A stretch of 27,394 nucleotides of DNA from a virus (Duplodnaviria; Heunggongvirae; Uroviricota; Caudoviricetes), in the IMG/VR virus record IMGVR_UViG_3300036760_000193, positions 1-27,394 of that record. One strand, 5' to 3'. The notes beneath the pieces are model-generated. The model saw nothing but the letters and a program-made list of their open reading frames with translations, did no database searches and was not told the origin of the DNA. Every line of letters begins with the position of its first letter. Within the stretch, counting starts at the first letter, position 1. Below are positions 8,907-15,775 of this stretch, in pieces. The position numbers and the translations under genes are program-made.

Positions 8907-9092
8907 TCAATCTCCAAACTCTCTAAGCACCCTACGCGCATTTTCCAATTCTTGTACCATATTTGGGCCACTGTAAGGAAACCCGTGATTATGAGACATG
9001 AGACAAAGTGAGTCCAAATATGGGATCATCAATTCCAATTTGATTACCAACTCCTCTAGAGCGTCTTTAAGTTTTTGTTCATTATCTGTCAT
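8907..9092 (-). CDS. Hypothetical protein
   Basis: 61 aa, abuts phosphoesterase start. Confidence 0.6.
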   Translation of the reverse strand: MTDNEQKLKDALEELVIKLELMIPYLDSLCLMSHNHGFPYSGPNMVQELENARRVLREFGD

Positions 9093-9346
9093 ATTACTTC
9101 CTCCACTTTAGCTTTCGGGATTTTTCGTTTCCAAGTTCTTAAGACCATGTTAATCCCTTTCCGCGCCATGTCTACCTGACCATATAACGGGGAATAAATT
9201 ATCTCATCAGCACAGTGAAGTGCCCCGTTTCTTTCTGCATCTGCCTTTAATAGTCGCTGCACCGACTCAAGGACATTTGCTGCCTTTTCTAACTCTCTAA
9301 CGTAGTTTTCAATCTCAATACGTTGCTTATCTTCTTTCTTGTTCAT
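9089..9346 (-). CDS. Hypothetical protein
   Basis: 85 aa, ATGA overlaps. Confidence 0.6.
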   Translation of the reverse strand: MNKKEDKQRIEIENYVRELEKAANVLESVQRLLKADAERNGALHCADEIIYSPLYGQVDMARKGINMVLRTWKRKIPKAKVEEVI

Positions 9347-10464
9347 ATCTTTGTCTCTCCAGACACTCCTTCTCTCACCCCAATTAGATCGTACACTTTT
9401 TTGTCGTTTAATGGCTTACTATCAAGGAGAGAGAACATAAAATTTTTCAAATCAGATGGAACATTAGAATTAACCCACAGCGCAAAATCCTTGCGGGACT
9501 CTTTTGGAGCTTGATTAAATTTCTCATAACACTCATTAACCAAAAGTGTTCGCTGTTTCTGAAAATTCTCTATTTCAGACTCTACTTCGACACGGTATTC
9601 TTCTGGAGCCAAGGTGATAAGTTCCTTGGCTTGCCCAAGTCCCAAAGCTTCTAGAATGGATTTCCTAGACAACCTTGAAATGAACCTGTGGGCTGCAAGA
9701 TAATTGCTGCCTTTAATCTTGACCAAGCGGTCGGCAAATTTCAATACGTAACCCTCTTCCAAAACAGACAAATCTTTCACATTATCCAGTAGAGAATCTA
9801 GAGAACTGAATTGATAAGTTTTTGGAGAGAAGACACCCAATTCCTTAGCCAGCTTTTCGACTTCTGCGCTTCCCAATAATTCATTGGAATAACGATGACG
9901 AACTCCAATAAGATACAACCCTTCTGGGTAGCCTTTCTTTTTGTAATCAATTACGATTTGGAACTTAGAACTGATAAGCTCAAACATCAACGTGTATTTC
10001 GTTACAAATTCTTCGTTTTTCAAAGACTCTGGCATAATGGATGTAGCATATATTCCGTGATCTGAAGACATAGAACCTTTGGTTGTTAATCGGAATTGAT
10101 TTGGAACTCGTTCTTTGTAGAGAGTTAACATAGACCCATCTAGCTTTTCTGTCACTTCAAAAGCTCCAAGTTTTTCCAAAACTTCATATTTCGTTTCAGG
10201 CAGTTCATCTAGATTGAAGAACTTATCAAAGGGATGAGCAATAACTTCGTTGCCGTCAAGAATTAATCCTCGACACATGCGGTTAAAGGGGTTCCATTTT
10301 TTATCGAATTGTACTTCATTAGAATAATGAAGCATTATAGTGGTGGGAGTGAATGGAGAACAAGCGATTTTGACGCCGCTGCGTTCACATTCTGCTAATA
10401 GATTGTCATGCCACTTTAAGTCTGCGGCGGCAAGATAATGTTCTGGTGTATCGTATTGACTCAT
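9343..10464 (-). CDS. T4 Rnl1-like RNA ligase
   Basis: CRGLIL, HPFDKFFNLDE, motif I TEKLDGS, MFEL, EEGYV, LVKIKG. Confidence 0.93.
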   Translation of the reverse strand: MSQYDTPEHYLAAADLKWHDNLLAECERSGVKIACSPFTPTTIMLHYSNEVQFDKKWNPFNRMCRGLILDGNEVIAHPFDKFFNLDELPETKYEVLEKLGAFEVTEKLDGSMLTLYKERVPNQFRLTTKGSMSSDHGIYATSIMPESLKNEEFVTKYTLMFELISSKFQIVIDYKKKGYPEGLYLIGVRHRYSNELLGSAEVEKLAKELGVFSPKTYQFSSLDSLLDNVKDLSVLEEGYVLKFADRLVKIKGSNYLAAHRFISRLSRKSILEALGLGQAKELITLAPEEYRVEVESEIENFQKQRTLLVNECYEKFNQAPKESRKDFALWVNSNVPSDLKNFMFSLLDSKPLNDKKVYDLIGVREGVSGETKI

Positions 10465-10931
10465 AGTGTTTTCTTAGCTTCGTCTCGTCTTTCGTGTATG
10501 CTCTCTAACAGGTCGATAAATTCCAAACTGTTCATGTCTTCTGGAGCTAATGCTCTTAAAAGAGTATGCACTTCGTCTCCACTCAATTCTACAACTGCCC
10601 GTTTGTACCCATCCAACAACTTCAACAAAACTTTCTCTCTCAATGGTTTACTGTCTACATTTATAAATTGCCTCAGCAATCCATAAGGCAAAACTGGGTT
10701 CCGCAACAAATAACTCTTGATGTATACAGCGTACTGGTCTTCTCTCAAAGCGATTCTTTCCAAAACTGAAATTGGAGTGTTTCTATTCTCAGCCACTCTT
10801 GCAACAACATGTGGGTCTTCATAACGAGACAATCTCTCCAACTCCAATGGGTCTTTGGAATCAGTAGCTTGATTCACAATCCAAAAGTCAGAGACTGGCG
10901 GTATGTCACTCATTGAAACGTAAGGGAACAT
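10461..10931 (-). CDS. Helical-repeat (LRV/HEAT-like) protein
   Basis: LERLSRYEDPHVVARVAENRNTPISVLERIA...NPVLP repeat pattern. Confidence 0.65.
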   Translation of the reverse strand: MFPYVSMSDIPPVSDFWIVNQATDSKDPLELERLSRYEDPHVVARVAENRNTPISVLERIALREDQYAVYIKSYLLRNPVLPYGLLRQFINVDSKPLREKVLLKLLDGYKRAVVELSGDEVHTLLRALAPEDMNSLEFIDLLESIHERRDEAKKTL

Positions 10932-10935
10932 AAAT

Positions 10936-11010
10936 TGGTAGCGGGTGACAGAATCGGACTGTCATTTATGGCTTATGAAACCACCGTGTTAGCCATTACA
11001 CCAACCCGCC
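10936..11010 (-). tRNA. tRNA-Met(CAT), probably elongator
   Basis: GGCGGGT/ACCCGCT acceptor, loop TTCATAA, T-loop TCCGATT, encoded CCA. Confidence 0.88.
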
Positions 11011-11111
11011 AAAATTTAGGGACTTTCCATCCCTCTGCTAGGATCACGCACGACTAGCTGGTGCTCCAGGATTTATGAAGTTTGTGTGTAGCTCTCAGCC
11101 TGGCTCTTAAA

Positions 11112-11187
11112 TGGTTGCGGGAGATGGACTCGAACCACCCGTCTCCGGCTTATGAGGCCGACGAGATAACCCCTTCTCTATCCCGCG
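11112..11187 (-). tRNA. tRNA-fMet(CAT), initiator type
   Basis: C1.A72 mismatch, CGCGGG 5' end, A11-U24, loop CTCATAA, CCA. Confidence 0.9.
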
Positions 11188-11192
11188 AAAAC

Positions 11193-11555
11193 TTATCGAA
11201 CGTAGGAATTAGTGTGCTTCAACCAAGCGTGAAAATCAAAAGAAAACTCAGGGAAATCCAAACGTGCCTGATTAAACAATGCTTCTGATAGTCTCAATTG
11301 TTGTGTAGTATCCACAGTCGCGTCTAATCTGTAATAGCCGAATTTCTCTTTGCTGTAAACATCTGTGACACCATGATCTTTCAAGATTGTTTCGATTTTT
11401 TCCAGAATCGTGTATCCTGCTTTATGAATCTCATGTCCACAGTCTTCACAAGTATACCCTTGCTTACCTTTCCATAAATAAATCCAAAATCTATCCTGCG
11501 TTATCGTCTTGCATACTAGACACTTGTCACGTTTTACAGTCGTTTGCTTGCTCAT
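11193..11555 (-). CDS. Hypothetical protein with CxxC...CxxC
   Basis: 120 aa; AAAGGAG RBS. Confidence 0.7.
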   Translation of the reverse strand: MSKQTTVKRDKCLVCKTITQDRFWIYLWKGKQGYTCEDCGHEIHKAGYTILEKIETILKDHGVTDVYSKEKFGYYRLDATVDTTQQLRLSEALFNQARLDFPEFSFDFHAWLKHTNSYVR

Positions 11556-11665
11556 GGAAGACTCCTTTCCCTTTTTCTTTTTGTTAATTTCTTTTTGTTA
11601 ATAGGACTCTATTAACGATTTTACGAAATTTTTCGAGTTATAAAAAGTTTATTTTTGTTACAAAT

Positions 11666-11751
11666 TGGAGCACAGGAAGGGAATCGAACCCCCGACGGTC
11701 TTACGACCAATGCGTTTGCAGCGCACCCCCTTACCATTCGGGCACCTGTGC
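11666..11751 (-). tRNA. tRNA-Cys(GCA) with long variable arm
   Basis: GCACAGG/CCTGTGC, loop CTGCAAA, U73, CCA, V-arm GGTC-GTAA-GACC. Confidence 0.88.
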
Positions 11752-11799
11752 GTCTAAGACTCCAGGCTTTTTTTAAGCTTGCGTAAAGCTTTATCAAGC

Positions 11800-12318
11800 T
11801 TATAGTGGAGGAATCTCTTTATGCTCTTCTTTCTTAGAAGGTTCTCGTTTATTATCAGCTTGATTACTACTTTCTTTACTGGCATCGTGGCTCTCCTGTT
11901 CTGTTTCTTCAAATTCCATTTCGGTCTCGACCTCAGTTACAATATCGTCTCTCAAGTCCCGAAGTTGCTTTTTAATTCGATTAGCTTTCTCTAAGTGCTG
12001 CATACGCTTTTCGCGTTCTGTCTTTTTCTTGTTGTTCTTATACGCCAACAAAGCCAAACCTTGTCCCAGGACACAGCCCTGAATATAAAAAAAGTATGGA
12101 ATGATGGCATCCCAAGAAATATGCCCCTCTTCTACACCCTTCCAAAAGAGGGAGAAAGTAATTAAGTACACCACGCCGTCCAGCATCCGATTCATTTCAG
12201 CGAAGATCATGGTTTGACCCACCTTCAATCTGACTGAAACTAAGTTTTCGTATTCCTGGAGTGCGTACTCAACTACACCGATTCCAAATAAGACTAATGA
12301 CCACCAATACCAAACCAC
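11800..12318 (-). CDS. Hypothetical membrane protein with acidic C-terminal tail
   Basis: GTG start with GAGGTG RBS; about 3 hydrophobic segments. Confidence 0.7.
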   Translation of the reverse strand: MVWYWWSLVLFGIGVVEYALQEYENLVSVRLKVGQTMIFAEMNRMLDGVVYLITFSLFWKGVEEGHISWDAIIPYFFYIQGCVLGQGLALLAYKNNKKKTEREKRMQHLEKANRIKKQLRDLRDDIVTEVETEMEFEETEQESHDASKESSNQADNKREPSKKEEHKEIPPL

Positions 12319-12334
12319 AGGGCACCTCTAAAAA

Positions 12335-12631
12335 TCACATTGCCCCCCGACAATACGGCTCTTTGTACTCTTTTATTTTACCATCTTCATACTGATAACT
12401 TCTGAACCAATGCTCATAAGAAATCTGAGCTTCTTTGACCCCATACTTAAAAGGAATGTGTATACTCTGATCGTTAGGTAGAATAATGTCCATGTATGCC
12501 TGATCTGCGTTCACAAACACCTGCTCCGCCACGTATCGGGCTTGCATTACACATTGGTCATCATAAATATGAACATCAAGAAGATTCGACGACAAGACGA
12601 GGACTGTCAACAGCTTACTTAACGTTTGCAT
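12335..12631 (-). CDS. Hypothetical protein (possible signal peptide)
   Basis: 98 aa; hydrophobic N-terminus. Confidence 0.6.
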   Translation of the reverse strand: MQTLSKLLTVLVLSSNLLDVHIYDDQCVMQARYVAEQVFVNADQAYMDIILPNDQSIHIPFKYGVKEAQISYEHWFRSYQYEDGKIKEYKEPYCRGAM

Positions 12632-12956
12632 AAGCGATCACCATTGAGAACCACATGATTTTGCACAAAGCGTGTAGCGATTGATCGACAACCATTCCGT
12701 ACCACCCATGAGTTTTTCCGTAATCAATAACCCAATGAGAGATACCTTCAAGGATACCAATAAAAACTGATCCCGTCGCCAGGGCTACCAAACTAGCGTG
12801 AACAAACGCATGTGCAGTAAGCCAGTAGTACCACGGCACAATCTTCTGCAAAGGGCTTTCACTGGTGTAATACTTCTCTCGCCCCATTGTGTCCGTTTGA
12901 AACACATAATCGCCAAAGGCATGTGCGGCGAATAACCAAAACAATAGGGCGATCAT
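12615..12956 (-). CDS. DUF3307-like membrane protein
   Basis: AHAFGDYVFQT, LTAHAFVH, SHWVIDYGK, VDQSLH; start moved to 12956 (ATGA overlap). Confidence 0.8.
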   Translation of the reverse strand: MIALLFWLFAAHAFGDYVFQTDTMGREKYYTSESPLQKIVPWYYWLTAHAFVHASLVALATGSVFIGILEGISHWVIDYGKTHGWYGMVVDQSLHALCKIMWFSMVIAYANVK

Positions 12957-13141
12957 GATGGCATCCGTCCTGAATAAATTGTATGATCCACTTCCATTCC
13001 GCATCCCGCACAGCGCGTGATAGGAATTCTCAAGCCGTCCTCATGCTCCAACTGCACCACACCCTCTGCGCTTCCGCAAAGACATGGGTCAATCGTGATG
13101 GTTGCCTTATTCGTTTTCCGCTTGTCCGTTTTCAGCTTCAT
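12953..13141 (-). CDS. Small Cys-containing hypothetical protein
   Basis: 62 aa; CLC...CAGC. Confidence 0.5.
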   Translation of the reverse strand: MKLKTDKRKTNKATITIDPCLCGSAEGVVQLEHEDGLRIPITRCAGCGMEVDHTIYSGRMPS

Positions 13142-13532
13142 GGCCTTCCTCCAATCGTGTCTTTGCTGTTGGATCGTAAAAAGCGTCTTCTAAAAATTTG
13201 AATAAGTCTGCTTGTTCTTTTTCTAATGTTTTGGAAACCTTCTGCCCCGATAGCTTCAAATCCTGCAAAATCCTTAACCCACGCACGACCACTGAAATTG
13301 GTATAAACAAACCGTTAATGCGATAATGAATCACTCCGTCTTCCATCATTGTCAGAGAACCCATTCTGGAACTCACGGGACTCAATGAGTCCGCCAAGTC
13401 GCGCTCCAATGTCTCAATCCGATCCAGAAGAAATTTAACATCATCCAGCGTATTTTCTAATGTCGTATGACTTAAAGATTTCCGCTTTATCGCGTCTCGC
13501 CAAAGGTGCTTTACTTCTTGTGCTTTATCCAT
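13107..13532 (-). CDS. Hypothetical protein
   Basis: 141 aa ORF in operon. Confidence 0.65.
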   Translation of the reverse strand: MDKAQEVKHLWRDAIKRKSLSHTTLENTLDDVKFLLDRIETLERDLADSLSPVSSRMGSLTMMEDGVIHYRINGLFIPISVVVRGLRILQDLKLSGQKVSKTLEKEQADLFKFLEDAFYDPTAKTRLEEGHEAENGQAENE

Positions 13533-13644
13533 AAATTCTCACAATGAAATCCAAGACCCAGGTGTGGCACATCACAAAAATCTTAACGTACCAGTACCCT
13601 GCGAAAGCTACAAACAAAGTTAGAAATGGGTCTTCTTGGATCAT
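13525..13644 (-). CDS. Small membrane peptide (39 aa), probably leaderless
   Basis: MIQEDPFLTLFVAFAGYWYVKIFVMCHTWVLDFIVRIYG; ATG 5 nt after a TATAAT box; below ORF-track cutoff. Confidence 0.5.
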   Translation of the reverse strand: MIQEDPFLTLFVAFAGYWYVKIFVMCHTWVLDFIVRIYG

Positions 13645-13649
13645 ACCTA

Positions 13650-13678
13650 ATTATACACCTAAAACGGTGAAAAGTCAA
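13650..13678 (-). promoter_or_regulatory. sigma70-type promoter
   Basis: TTGACT-17 nt-TATAAT with TG extension. Confidence 0.85.
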
Positions 13679-13699
13679 GGGGAATTTAATGCTTGATTA

Positions 13700-13864
13700 T
13701 CAATTGTTTTCGTTGTCTTTTTGGTCGGCAACGGGGGCTTTTTGTTTAGGACAGGCGGGACAATAATAAAACTTCATGCCAGAACCAGGGATTACAATTA
13801 ATCCTTCTTCGTTCCCACACTTCGGGCAAACATGAATAGTTTTGAGAATTTTATGCTCCGACAT
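13700..13864 (-). CDS. Small zinc-ribbon protein
   Basis: MSEHKILKT..CPKC...CPAC; GGAGG RBS before 13864. Confidence 0.6.
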   Translation of the reverse strand: MSEHKILKTIHVCPKCGNEEGLIVIPGSGMKFYYCPACPKQKAPVADQKDNENN

Positions 13865-13912
13865 TACCCCTCCTATAATGCACGTAATTGACATATACGT
13901 CAATTGTCTGCA

Positions 13913-14077
13913 TTATGCGTCTGAAATATCTATATCAAAATTGGAATCTGGAATAAAGACGATCTCTTTATCTTCCTTTACTCCGCGCTTTTGGATTCCT
14001 CTTTTTTGCAGCTTTCCGGTCTTCTCTAATCTCTTCTCTTCCTCTTTCTTCTTTTGCCCATCTTTTCGCTGTGCCAT
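13913..14077 (-). CDS. Small charged protein (54 aa) overlapping the upstream ORF
   Basis: AAGGAG 7 nt before ATG; MAQRKDGQKKKEEEKRLEKTGKLQKRGIQKRGVKEDKEIVFIPDSNFDIDISDA. Confidence 0.5.
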   Translation of the reverse strand: MAQRKDGQKKKEEEKRLEKTGKLQKRGIQKRGVKEDKEIVFIPDSNFDIDISDA

Positions 14078-14279
14078 GTCGTTTTCTCCTTAGAACAAGT
14101 TCATATTCTGGAACGTCTCTATTTGATGTGTGAAAGTCATCTGGAAAGTATGTGTCTCTAGTATTGGAAAGACGTTTATCTGTGTCACTATAAAACATCA
14201 CGCCCTCATGAAGACCATACCTATAAACATACGGATGGCCGAAGCCAATTATGTACTCTTTTTTGAATTTCTTTGCCAT
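13968..14279 (-). CDS. Hypothetical protein, probably leaderless
   Basis: 103 aa; ATG 5 nt after the -10 box of a consensus promoter. Confidence 0.6.
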   Translation of the reverse strand: MAKKFKKEYIIGFGHPYVYRYGLHEGVMFYSDTDKRLSNTRDTYFPDDFHTSNRDVPEYELVLRRKRHGTAKRWAKEERGREEIREDRKAAKKRNPKARSKGR

Positions 14280-14284
14280 ATTCT

Positions 14285-14313
14285 ATTATACGCACTCCTT
14301 GTTAGTTTGTCAA
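14285..14313 (-). promoter_or_regulatory. sigma70-type promoter
   Basis: Perfect TTGACA-17 nt-TATAAT. Confidence 0.9.
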
Positions 14314-14319
14314 TGGAAA

Positions 14320-14395
14320 TGGTAGCCCCAACGGGAGTTGAACCCGTATCACAACCTTGAGAGAGTTGTATCCTAGTCCGTTGGAAGATGAGGCT
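14320..14395 (-). tRNA. tRNA-Glu(CTC)
   Basis: AGCCTCA/TGGGGCT, loop CTCTCAA, TTCAACT, CCA. Confidence 0.88.
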
Positions 14396-14870
14396 AAAAC
14401 GGGTCGCAAATAGTCCAGGTGACGCCTGGGTGTTTCAGAAGCTCAGCTTTGATGAGCATTTCGGTTTGGCTCCACGGGACATTAAACAATCCCGAATTAA
14501 ATTTGTTAGAATAAATCTTATGCTCTTTCAAAATCTCTGATTTCTCTAAAAACTCAAAAAAGGAAACCAAGGCTTTTTGGGTGCTGACCAAAATCTTATC
14601 TTGGGAGTCAACATATTTCCCGTATCCAATGCTAGTAAATAGGCACCCCATTACCTTATCTGCCCCGTTCGTTGGATAGATCACAGCGGTTCCTACCAAT
14701 TTCTTTCCAAGCCTTTTACAATTTTCACTATACAGCCTTACCGCACTTGGAAAACGTTGATGGAATTCCTTTGCAATACCAGACCCCATTACACCACAAC
14801 AGTTTGTGGCATGAACAAGAATTGCATTGCCTTCAATATCAAATAAACTTTTCTTTTCGTAAGTAATCAT
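14394..14870 (-). CDS. Macrodomain protein (Poa1p/TARG1-like ADP-ribose processing)
   Basis: Start MITYEKKSLF at 14870; VHATNCCGVMGSGIAKEF, CLFTS.GYG, NSGLFNVPW. Confidence 0.88.
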   Translation of the reverse strand: MITYEKKSLFDIEGNAILVHATNCCGVMGSGIAKEFHQRFPSAVRLYSENCKRLGKKLVGTAVIYPTNGADKVMGCLFTSIGYGKYVDSQDKILVSTQKALVSFFEFLEKSEILKEHKIYSNKFNSGLFNVPWSQTEMLIKAELLKHPGVTWTICDPF

Positions 14871-14874
14871 AAAA

Positions 14875-14948
14875 TGGCTGGGGTAGAAAGAATTGAACTC
14901 TCTCCTACGGTTTTGGAGACCGTCGTGCTGCCGTAACACTTTACCCCA
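14875..14948 (-). tRNA. tRNA-Trp(CCA)
   Basis: TGGGGTA/TACCCCA, loop CTCCAAA, G73, CCA. Confidence 0.92.
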
Positions 14949-14952
14949 AAAT

Positions 14953-15024
14953 TGGTGGGCTTTGTAGATTCGCACTACATTTCTCCCGCTAATTGGGAGC
15001 GACCTAGAGTTAGTCGATCAGCCC
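14953..15024 (-). ncRNA. tRNA-like cloverleaf with non-canonical arms
   Basis: GGGCT/AGCCC, CGAC/GTCG, CTCCC/GGGAG, TGTAG/CTACA stems; ends ACCA. Confidence 0.55.
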
Positions 15025-15080
15025 GAAAAGTAACCCACCGATTTGAGCATTGTAAAGAGGCTTGGCAGGTATTGTTAAAT

Positions 15081-15155
15081 TGGTGCCCTCAGAGAGTTTC
15101 GATCTCTCTTCTCATGGTTGAAAGCCATGAATCCTAGCCAGTAGACGATGAGGGC
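15081..15155 (-). tRNA. tRNA-Glu(TTC)
   Basis: GCCCTCA/TGAGGGC, loop CTTTCAA, T-loop ATCGAAA, CCA. Confidence 0.9.
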
Positions 15156-15229
15156 TGGAGCGGGTAGGGAGAATCGGACTCCCATCTAAACATTGGCAAT
15201 GTCTCGTACTACCACTGTACGATACCCGC
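15156..15229 (-). tRNA. tRNA-Gly(GCC)
   Basis: GCGGGTA/TACCCGC, loop TTGCCAA, U73, CCA. Confidence 0.92.
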
Positions 15230-15301
15230 AGCGGGTAGCGAGAGTTGAACTCGCTCCTGGTGGTTGGAAACCACTCATGCAGCCGTTAACACCTTACCCG
15301 C
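15230..15301 (-). tRNA. tRNA-Gly(TCC), no encoded CCA
   Basis: GCGGGTA/TACCCGC, loop TTTCCAA, U73 abutting next tRNA. Confidence 0.9.
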
Positions 15302-15306
15302 AAAAT

Positions 15307-15400
15307 TGGCGGAGAGCAGAGGACTTGAACCCCAACCGGAGGATCACTCCGATCTATCTGTTTTCAAAACAGTAGCCAGACCATTCCAGCATTACTCTCC
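15307..15400 (-). tRNA. tRNA-Ser(TGA), 8/4 allo-tRNA-like fold
   Basis: 8-bp acceptor GGAGAGTA/TGCTCTCC, 4-bp T-stem, 6-bp D-stem with tetraloop, long V-arm, G73, CCA. Confidence 0.85.
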
Positions 15401-15401
15401 A

Positions 15402-15472
15402 AGCCCATACCAGAAGTCGAATCTGGATTTTCCGTTTACGAAACGGGTGTTCTACCATTGAACTATACGGGC
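15402..15472 (-). tRNA. tRNA-Thr(CGT), no CCA
   Basis: GCCCGTA/TATGGGC, loop TTCGTAA. Confidence 0.9.
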
Positions 15473-15474
15473 AC

Positions 15475-15545
15475 AGCCGCAAACAAGAATCGGACTTGTA
15501 TTTCATCATTACCAATGACGTGTACTCCCATTGTACTATTGCGGC
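15475..15545 (-). tRNA. tRNA-Thr(GGT), no CCA
   Basis: GCCGCAA/TTGCGGC, loop TTGGTAA, T-loop TCCGATT. Confidence 0.9.
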
Positions 15546-15547
15546 GA

Positions 15548-15619
15548 AGCCGACAGAGGGATTTGAACCCCCAACCTGCTGTTTACAAAACAGCTGCTCT
15601 GCCATTGAGCTATGTCGGC
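15548..15619 (-). tRNA. tRNA-Thr(TGT), no CCA
   Basis: GCCGACA/TGTCGGC, loop TTTGTAA. Confidence 0.92.
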
Positions 15620-15620
15620 A

Positions 15621-15698
15621 TGGTGGGTACGGAAGGACTCGAACCTTCAAGAACTCGCTTTTGAAACGAGTATGTCTGCCAATTGCAATCACGTACCC
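15621..15698 (-). tRNA. tRNA-Leu(CAA), short variable loop
   Basis: GGGTACG/CGTACCC, loop TTCAAAA, Leu-type D-loop, A73, CCA. Confidence 0.88.
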
Positions 15699-15773
15699 TG
15701 GTGACAAGAAGAGGACTCGAACCTCCAACCGGTCGGATGTAAACCGACTGCTCCGCCATTGAGCTACCTTGCC
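15699..15773 (-). tRNA. tRNA-Val(TAC)
   Basis: GGCAAGG/TCTTGTC, loop TTTACAT, CCA. Confidence 0.92.
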
Positions 15774-15775
15774 AT

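Noticed and set aside
11597-11616. GTTAATAG/CTATTAAC inverted repeat as a terminator
   Set aside because: Weak AT-rich stem followed by an A-tract, not a U-tract, on the transcribed strand
11774-11800. Three AAGCTT hexamers in 27 bp
   Set aside because: Short AT-rich spacer overlapping a stop codon; no further structure or recurrence
14871-14975. N-terminal 35 aa of the 193-aa macrodomain ORF
   Set aside because: Overlaps tRNA-Trp; the real start is 14870
14953-15024. tmRNA or tRNA-Pyl
   Set aside because: Too short for tmRNA, with no tag frame and no G3.U70; lacks the CUA anticodon loop and 6-bp stem of tRNA-Pyl
15307-15400. Selenocysteine tRNA
   Set aside because: The D-arm is Sec-like, but the anticodon is TGA (Ser), not TCA, and the fold is 8/4 rather than bacterial Sec 8/5
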